Below, piece by piece: positions 55,501-64,000 of a stretch of DNA of 64,000 nucleotides (its first letter is position 1; each line of letters begins with the position of its first letter). The translations under genes and the position numbers were made by a program. Under the pieces are notes generated by a model. It saw only the letters and a list, made by a program, of their open reading frames with translations. It did no database searches and was not told the DNA's origin. Source of the DNA: the human T2T-CHM13v2.0 reference genome, Homo sapiens; the NCBI RefSeq assembly GCF_009914755.1, contig NC_060933.1, one strand, 5' to 3'.

Positions 55501-56808
55501 TTTCACAGTGTTGGTTCTGTGGGAAGCAGACACTGACACAAATTTTAGTGTTTGGGAGCAGCTATTTGGTCAACACCCATAGGAGAGAGGGGAAGAAAGC
55601 AGGGCTGGCAAATGGGCTTGGATAAATCAAGCTGTTATGCAGATCTAACAGCCTCAAACCACCCTAGAGGGATCTCTTGAGCTAACATTTATGCAGCCAA
55701 AAAACACATGAAAAAATGCTCATCATCACTGGCCATCAGAGAAAAGCAAATCAAAACCACTATGAGATATCATCTCACACCAGTTAGAATGGCAATCATT
55801 AAAAAGTCAGGAAACAACAGGTGCTGGAGAGGATGTGGAGAAATAGGAACACTTTTACACTGTTGGTGGGACTGTAAACTGGTTCAACCATTGTGGAAGT
55901 CAGTGTGGCGATTCCTCAGGGATCTAGAACTAGAAATACCATTTGACCCAGCCATCCCATTACTGGGTATATACCCAAATGACTATAAATCATGCTGCTA
56001 TAAAGACACATGCACATGTATGTTTATTGCGGCATTATTCACAATAGCAAAGACTTGGAACCAACCCAAATGTCCAACAATGATAGACTGGATTAAGAAA
56101 ATGTGGCACATATACACCATGGAATACTATGCAGCCATAAAAAATGATGAGTTCATGTCCTTTGTAGGGACATGGATGAAATTGGAAATCATCATTCTCA
56201 GTAAACTATCGCAAGAACAAAAAACCAAACACTGCATATTCTCACTCATAAGTGGGAATTGAACAATGAGATCACATGGACACATGAAGGGGAATATCAC
56301 ACTCTGGGGACTGTGGTGGGGTGGGGGGAGCGGGGAGGGATAGCATTGGGAGATATACCTAAGGCTAGATGACAAGTTAGTGGGTGCAGCGCACCAGCAT
56401 GGCACATGTATACATATGTAACTAACCTGCACAATGTGCACATGTACCCTAAAACTTAAAGTATAATAAAAAAAAAAAGAGAGAAAGAGAAAAAAATAAA
56501 ATAAAATAAAATAAAATTACATCCCACTTCCCTCCAAAAAAAATAAAAAAAATAAAATAAAATGGCCCATCAGAGTTACCCTTTCTTGAGCTAAAATGGC
56601 TGGGCCTTTAAAATCTTGTTTCAGTTAGTCACTGCATGATAGGCCACCCCTAGAACTGTATGACCTTGGATGCAGCAGCTCTCTGCAACTGAGACAATCC
56701 CTGAAGAAGCTCACAAGTAAAGGTTGTCCACTGAGTACTGGCAGCAGATGGAGGAAAAAGTTCTTCTTTGCAGTTGGATCTGAATGGTGCATCTCCATAT
56801 CAACCAAA
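55501..56808 (-). mobile_element. LTR16C-like solo LTR split by a young L1 (LTR parts 55501-55685 and 56563-56808)
   Basis: ggttctgtgggaagcagacactga..aagcagggctggca | tggcccatcagag..ggatctgaatggtgcatctccat. Confidence 0.75.
55686..56562 (+). mobile_element. 5'-truncated young L1 (L1PA2-like, some L1HS-lineage diagnostics) with compound tail
   Basis: Uninterrupted ORF2 C-terminus (ORF 55708..56262, CCHC motif). 3'UTR has gagatcacatgg and gcacaatgtgc, but gatgacaag (decayed GAG, not the Ta ACA) and cttaaagtat. Confidence 0.95.
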
Positions 56809-57812
56809 ATGACCCATTAAAGTCCTACACTCAGAAGACCTCCACAGCCATGCACTGGAGGTTTACACCTATTTTAATCTCTGATATTTGGGGAAAAGTG
56901 AATGACTTTCACAAACTTATTAATGATAATATCTTTACCTGACAAATGCCCAATTTTCCTGTACCTGTTGGAAGTGCTTTCCCACAGACCTCCTTTAACA
57001 AAGTCTTAGCTATGCCAATGAAGGCTGCTAACCATATCAGTCTTTCTACTGACTCTATGACATTCTCAAAGACACCTTAGACTCCCACAACCCTCTATCA
57101 CTTTCTCTTTATCTGCAATACCAACTCTCAGCCTGGTTGCATTCCTTCTTCCACATTCTCTCTATCTGCTTTGAGTTTACAAAGTTTTACCTTCAGAGTT
57201 GTTGGTTTTTACTAAAAAACAAAATCAAAAGCAATAAACCTTCCTTCCTAATGCTGTATTCTATATTTTTCACATGATTGGTCACTGCTTCCTCATACAT
57301 GAAGCTTAATCTTTCTCCAGTTTCTCTTTTCCCTCCCTTTCCCCTCTAATCGGCTATTTGTTGCAAATATCAACACATTCTTTTATTGTCTTTTAATTTT
57401 TGTTTTCTCTTCTCTTAACAAATAACCTGGACCCTATGGAACAAAAGTGACAGTAGGTGGCTGATCAAAAAAGCAAAAATTTTTACCTTTTGGACTATGT
57501 GGATGGTTGCTGAAGGAACTATGTATGCTTGCTTATGTAAAAATATTATTCCCTTTCATATATACATTCATTCTCTTGTGAATGTTTTCTACTATCCAGT
57601 GATTATTTTATTCTGTTCTAATGGATTCCATCTAGCTCAAAATCTCATTTCTACTACCCTTTCTCTTCAGTCTTCTCAAGCTCTCTCTTGCGTACTGACT
57701 CACAGAGAATAAAGGTAGTAGATATGATACTGCAACTTAATTTATAATTTAAATTTATTTTTCAGTGCTTTCCACCTCCTTAGAGGAAGTGTTTTTGTTG
57801 TTGTTTTTTTTT

Positions 57813-58191
57813 TGTTGTTAGTCTGTCCTCACACTGCTATGAAGGAATACCCGAGACTGGGTAACTTATAAAGGAAAGAGGTTTAATTGACTCACAGTTC
57901 TGCATTGCTGGGGAGGCCCTAGGAAAGTTACAATCATGGCAGAAGGCAAAGGATAAGCAGGCATCTTCTTCACAGGGCAGCAGGACAGAGTGAGTGCCAG
58001 CAGGGGAAATGCCAGATGCTTATAAAACCATCAGACCTCATGAGAACTCACTCACTATCATGAGAACAGCACGGGGGAGACCACCCCCATGATCCAATTA
58101 CCTCCACCTCATCCCAACTTGATACACAGGGATTATGGTGGTTATAATTTGAGGTGAGATTTGGGTGGGGACACAGAGTCAAACCATATCA
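57813..58191 (-). mobile_element. THE1C/D MaLR solo LTR
   Basis: ttagtctgtcctcacactgctatgaagg..gagtgccagcaggggaaatgccagatg..gtcaaaccatatca. Confidence 0.92.
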
Positions 58192-60482
58192 TGTATTTTC
58201 TTTAATCTTACATTCTCTTATGAATTGGTTCTCAGACTTGAACTGAGCAAATATGATCAAGACAAGAAACAAAGAATTAGCAGGTTGTTTAATTTTCTCC
58301 CCCTGCAAATTATTTGAAGTCAAATATTTTTATTACAAGGCTTCTTTATTCACTTCTTATGTCCTTCAAATAAAATATAACTTATTTTAAAACCTATAGG
58401 CAATACTTAATGGTCCTTGATATTTTCAGCACCATAGTGGCATCATATAACTGGTGCTGAAGACCCCAGTGTTTTCATTTGATTCCAAGATTATATTAGA
58501 AATTATACAGCCTGCGTGTCCAACTTAATTAACAGTTACTGGTGATAAAATGTATTTACATGCATCAACATTGATTGATTCAAATACCCGAATCATCAAG
58601 AATGAAAATATAATCTAATTATAGGTAAAATTTGAAAATTTTCAAATCCTTGGTTTTGAAAGATTTAGTTTACCATTAAGCAATCTTCTACTTCTCAAGC
58701 AGCATAACTTGCTCAATTGTGCTTCAGAAATACTAAGCTCAGAAATGCTAAAGGTCAATATGACCAAATGAAAGACCATTTTAGTATTGTTTGGAGTAGG
58801 TGAAGAGTATCCTTAAAATGTTTGAAAAATACAATGATCCTAGGCAAGATCAGTCTTATATTAAGACTATAAACCACATACAAAAACTTAGTGTTTCAGT
58901 GTCTGTTGCCATTGGTAGAAGTTACTTCAGTTCCTTAATTTCCATAAACTCCCATTAGTGCCAGTACCAACCGAATAGAACCCAGTGGTTTGCCATTGTG
59001 GATCTAAAGTTTTAAAAATGTAATATCTTAAAATATGTTGCAGTTTAGAGTTACTTATTAAATATTTTTTCATAGATATATGTATTCATATCCACCTAAT
59101 TACCCATATATTTATAACATGTTGAAACATTTCATTCAAAAGGGAGATTTGTGTAAAAGAGAACTACTGAGTTCACTAATGAGTATAATAATAGTTCATC
59201 TTCTTGTGAGATGGAACATCCAACACTGAGGATAGCATGGTCTGGAAAATTCCAGTTCAGTTGCATTACTGATGGAAAGAACAAAATTAATTCATTTCTC
59301 CCCAAAACTGGTACTTATATTTTATTGCTTTTATTTCTCCATTGGAAAAAGGAAAGAATTCAAGGGCTTTTACATAATGGATTTTAAGAATTCCAATTGT
59401 ATGCTCTGATGAATGAGCTATACCAATTAAACTATATATTACTTATATTACTACTTTTAAAATGCTAAATATTTTAAATAAATTTTCATTTAATATGTTT
59501 TAAATATTTTATTAGCATAGGTTAATATATTGTGTCTTCTGAGTCTATAACTAGATGAAAGACAAATGTTTTTCTACTTTGTAACCTTTCTTAAAATATG
59601 CAAATTGGGATGCAATTCATTAGAAAGGCTTACAGCTTACTCTGGGATTTTAGCTACATGGCTTTTATTACTGCACTTCAAATAATATACACTTTTATCC
59701 TTTTGAAATTTCTTTATACTATACATTTGTGCATCTTCTTAAAATTTGAGGGTTTATATTTCATAACTGATACAATTTGTGAAAAATCTTTGATGGGGAC
59801 TGTGAAAAGCTTTGGGAAAGGCACAGTTTAATATAAATGTAAACACTTGTAAAAAATAATGGCAATTCATATCAGTTTCTATATTTGTTCCTGTAAAGAA
59901 AAAATAACATCAGGACACACTATTCCTTGAACACCTTTTCTGACAAGTGAAGTTTACTTCTAATTATCTCTAATACGGTTTTAGATAAGTACGTGTCATA
60001 GATACTTGGTAAAAATAATAAGGCCTTACTAACATAAACCTGATTCTAGCTATGTGTAAATGAAATCCTTCCTGCCTGACAGAAGAATGTGTCTGGATTT
60101 ATTCTAAAAAGTATTATATGTATGGATTTATTGAATTAAAAAACAATCAAGCATTACAATTTTTCTGCTTTTGTTGACAATTTGATAAATATCAGCTACC
60201 ATAAAAACAAGAAGTTTCATGAAAATTTGACATTTTGTTTTCATGGATAGTGTCAGAGAATAACATCTATAAATATATTTTAGAGCGTCATTACTAAACT
60301 TATTTAGGATTTGTCTATACAACAATAGACATGTAAAAATAAAATCTGGCTTTTGCTCAATTGCCAGGGTTTCTAGCTTTTAGAATAATAAATACTTGGA
60401 AATGCTGAAACATTTAAGTGATGTTTCACTTTTAAAAAATCTTGAAAGTTATTTTTGTTATTTTGTCATGTTGTATCTGTAT

Positions 60483-60658
60483 TACTGTCATGTAGTATCA
60501 GCTTTTATACCATATTGATTTATTTGGATATGTTCTTTGTCTCCAAATCACTTATCAACTTCTCCATTCCAGACATATGGGAAATGTTTTATCCCATGGT
60601 TTTGTGGGGCATGAAGATTATACAAATTGGTGAGTGGAGGGAGTTCCTCTTTAAACAA
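60483..60658 (+). repeat. 176-bp direct repeat, copy 1
   Basis: Matches 61509-61684 with 9 substitutions and no indels (manual alignment). Confidence 0.97.
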
Positions 60659-60770
60659 TAACAAAATGACAAAAAAATGTACAGGTTTGTTTCCACAATG
60701 GAGTTCAGTCTTTTTCTGCAAGCATAGAACCCCAGAATCTTAGAGACTAGAGACCACAATTTCACATAAA

Positions 60771-60919
60771 GCAATGGTTCTCAGATATTTGGATTACAGA
60801 GACATCTCATGTATACTGTTTATGAATAAAAAATACATAAATACACAGGTACTGTATTCATAGTATGGTCAAATTTTTAAACTGTTGTACATGATCAAAA
60901 TAAAGTTTGGAGACTACTG
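60771..60919. mobile_element. hAT-Charlie-type MITE (MER5-like termini)
   Basis: caatggttctca ... aagtttggagactactg termini. Confidence 0.45.
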
Positions 60920-61508
60920 CTCCCATTAGCTGTGTTTCCTCCTACTTCAGGACAGTGTTCATTCTTTGCCTCCAGCCTGAAAGGCTCTCCGGCTTGCCCT
61001 TTCATCCCTCATTTTCATTACTTAACTCTTGCTCATTCAATCTCAACTCAGATGACACTTTCTTAGAAGAATTTATCTGATCTCCAGAAGTTACTTATTA
61101 TACTCTCTTGTGGCTCTTCCTATTTTATCTTCATAGTACGTAAACTATGTAAGCAGTATGGAATTTATATTCACTTCTATGATTATTTGTTTAATGTCTT
61201 CCCCCCACTCCACTCCTGAACTAGTCTCTTGGCTTCAGGAAGGCAGAGTTCTGGTATCTCCAGTGCCGAAGAGCCCCTGCCGCAAACACAATAGTAGACA
61301 TATGTGAATGAACTAATTGTCCTTAAAAACTTTAGTGCGAATGAGTAACAATTCAAGGACTGGTGTATGGAAATCATAAGTTGAATCAACCTTTTCATTT
61401 TTACAGATAATATAACTGATGGCAAAATAGCTGAAACTATAATACCTAGATTCATACAGTTTGGAGACTAGGAATTAGGTAACCTGATTCCCAACCCAGA
61501 GTTATTAA

Positions 61509-61684
61509 TACTGTCATGTTGTATCAGCTTTTATACCATATTGATTTCTTTGGATATGTTCTCTGTCTCCAAATCATTTGTCAACTTCTCCATTCCAGAC
61601 ATATGAAAAATGTTTTATCCCATGGTTTTGTGGGGCATGAACCTTATACAAATTGGTGAGTGGAGGGAGTTCCTCTTTAAACAA
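61509..61684 (+). repeat. 176-bp direct repeat, copy 2
   Basis: See copy 1; offset 1026 bp. Confidence 0.97.
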
Positions 61685-62163
61685 AAAAAACAAAAAACTA
61701 TAAATACAAAATTTGATACAGTAAGTGGTTTTATATTCTGGATGTAACTGCAACACCAAGAAGGCTAGAAATACTTTAACAATTATTCTACAGAGAAGTA
61801 ACTAAAAATCACGGACATTATATCCCCCTTAAAAAAAATGCTGGGTACCCTGGCTTACGCCTGTAATCGAAGCTCTTTGGCTGGCTGAGGCAGGCGGATC
61901 ACTTGAGGTCAGGAGTTCAAGACCAGCCTGACCAACGTGATGAAACCCCTCTCTACTAAATACACACACACACACGCACACACACACACACACAAACAAT
62001 ACACACACACACAAAATTAGCCAGGTGTTGTGGTGGGCGCCTGTAATCCCAGCTACTCGGGAGGCTCAGGCAGGAGAATTGCTTGAGCCTGGGAGGCAGA
62101 GGTTATAGTGAACTGAGATTGCGCCACTGCACTCCAGGCTGGGTGACAGAAAGAGACTCCATA

Positions 62164-62210
<47 letters not shown>

Positions 62211-62480
62211 ATCTACAATTAAACCTCCCTCTAGCTAGATGATCCCAACAATGATGGAGAGTAGTCCACAGCCTTGACAGGAGTGGTCATGTGGTAGTGC
62301 AAATTGGAGAGGAAAACAACAGTGATCTTTAATAATTTTGGTTAAATAATATACTATTGAAAATTTTGCAAGATGTATGATCACATTGTTGAGGCCCCTT
62401 CCAGGGCCTTGGATGAAAACAGTAGAAATGAGGAGGCTTTGAAATTAAGCTCCATTAATATTAAAATAAACACTCCTGTG
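61618..62480 (-). mobile_element. Arthur1 (MER69)-like hAT-Tip100 element, interrupted by an Alu
   Basis: Left end ggttttgtggggcatgaaccttatacaa..cctctttaa..aatacaaaatt; right end ccagggccttgga..tgaaattaagctccatta. Both resemble recalled MER69 termini. Confidence 0.65.
61840..62212 (+). mobile_element. AluS (Sx-like) with (CA)n expansion in the linker and (TAAA)n tail
   Basis: Dimeric Alu; (CA)n at ~61962-62013 replaces the A-rich linker; (TAAA)n at 62164-62212. Confidence 0.93.
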
Positions 62481-63139
62481 TTGATATCTTTTGTATAACA
62501 GCTCTTGAAATTTGCTCTCCTTGACCTGCTCCATTTGTTCCTACTCTGTATTGTGTATGCTCAGAAAATTGAATTTATTAAACTGCCAAGCTCCTAACAC
62601 CATCTGACTAGCTGCTCTACTATTTTCCCCACCGCCTATTTACTTATTTATTTTGGTTTATCTCCTTTGAGAATTTGTTCACTTTCAGAGGAGAAAAAAA
62701 AGTATGTCCTGAACGTTGAATTTTTAAGAGCCTCTCCAGAGTGCCTTTTCACCTACGAGACAAGTTCAAAACATTTATTGCTCTTTCAGCTTAAAATGGC
62801 ACACTAGGGTACTATCAGTGCTCAAATGTTGCATATGCGTATACTCAAGGTATAACATTTAATCTAAAGTACGCACAGTTCCTTTCATGGGGAAGGGAAT
62901 TGAAAGTTGGAAACAGCCAACTTGCCCACTAGTCAGCAGGTGAACCTCTCATTTTCTAATGTTCTTCAGTCTCCTGCCTCTACGTCCATACTCAACATAT
63001 TTCTCTACCCACTTTTATGTTTTGGATTTCTGCCTATTGCATTTTGATCAATTTAAAAAATGAACTCTTGACTCATTTCTTCCCCTGTATTCACTTCCAT
63101 AAAACAGAGAGATAACATGAAATTTGTAAATAAATTGAC

Positions 63140-63295
63140 TTGAGATTAAGTATAAAACCCAGCAGTTATTAGCTGTGAAAACTTTAGCAAATTAATTAAC
63201 TTTTTGAGCCTCAACTTCTTCATCTGTAAATGGAGAAAATAATTCCTTCTTCAAAATGCAGTTTTGAGAACTAAATGAGTTTGTGCATGTCATGA
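63140..63295 (+). mobile_element. MIR SINE
   Basis: ttagctgtgaaa..agcaaattaattaactttttgagcctcaacttcttcatctgtaaatgg. Confidence 0.75.
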
Positions 63296-64000
63296 AGGAT
63301 TTCTCTATCAAGCAGGAACTCCAAGTTATATTCTCTTTTGTTTTCTTCAGTCTTTTTATGTCTGCTTAGTACTTATTGTTTAGTTCACTCAACACTTATT
63401 ATATTTTTCCTTTAAAAATTATATTGTGTATTCAGCTCTTTGACTTTATGCCTCATATGCTCAAGAGCTACATTCTTTCTTCTTTATATTCTTTATAGTG
63501 TCTAGCACTGTGGCTTGCCACATATAAGGCATTTATTAAATGTATGTAATTTGAACTAATTTAGATAGTCATTACTTTAATAGCAAAATTTGAAACAACA
63601 GTGTTCTAATCTTAAAAGAAGGAATTATTAAGGCTGTATGTAATAATTAATAATAATAATTCCAACTATTATTTCAAATTTGGAATAGGCTTGGGAAATA
63701 GAAGCTTCATTTTCAAACTTCAGAGGGAGTGCCCTATCCCCACTTACACACCCAAAAAATGCAGAAAAAAACGGGAGGAAGAGAAGGAGGGAGGAGAGAG
63801 AGAGAAGGTGCTTTTTATTCCTCCATGTATATGATCATTTGATCCTGACTTTCTGTCTTAAGAGGATGGACATCTTTAGGAGCAGTTACTCTATAAGAAA
63901 TATTCTATATGATGTTAAGGAGAACTAGTTTCTCCTTAACATCATATAGAAGGCTCACATTGTTATATGTGAAGTGGCATTTTTAACATTAATCAAGGAT

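Noticed and set aside
56584-56594. tcttgagctaa matching 55675-55685 as an 11-bp TSD for the young L1
   Set aside because: It does not abut the A-tail. The intervening tggcccatcagagttaccc looks like LTR16C sequence, which I recall having an internal gagc..aaaatggc similarity. An empty-site orthologue would settle it.
60483-61684. The 176-bp direct repeats as LTRs of a novel small retroelement
   Set aside because: No TG...CA termini or TSD. The spacer consists of older MITE/L2/MIR-like fragments, and the repeat cuts through an Arthur1-like element.

Overview
This window is AT-rich primate genomic DNA, probably human or another great ape, since it carries Alu, L1PA2-like and THE1 elements. It is either intergenic or a deep intron. 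I found no host protein-coding exon, RNA gene or CRISPR array. The ORFs I could assign are transposon fragments, antisense readings of repeats, or microsatellite artefacts. Main contents: (1) an ancient two-LTR ERVL (HERV16/ERV3-16A3-like) provirus with LTR16C-type LTRs at ~6.27-12.0 kb (minus), with recognisable gag, protease, RT and integrase relics; (2) a near full-length Tigger1 at 14.3-16.7 kb; (3) a full-length disabled L1PA4-like element with target-site duplication (TSD) at 19.9-26.0 kb; (4) two 5'-inverted (twin-primed) L1s, one of them an old L1MA-type element hosting nested insertions; (5) a young L1PA2-like insertion with a candidate 3' transduction; (6) several Alus, MaLR/ERV solo LTRs, hAT and Tigger elements, MIR and L2 fragments. 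The most unusual sequence-level observations are a 176-bp ~95%-identical local duplication with a templated junction at 60.5/61.5 kb, the double-tailed L1 at 55.7-56.6 kb, and several small fold-back or template-switch scars. I did not find evidence for a genuinely new biological system. Repeat subfamily names come from recalled consensus sequences and need RepeatMasker/Dfam confirmation.
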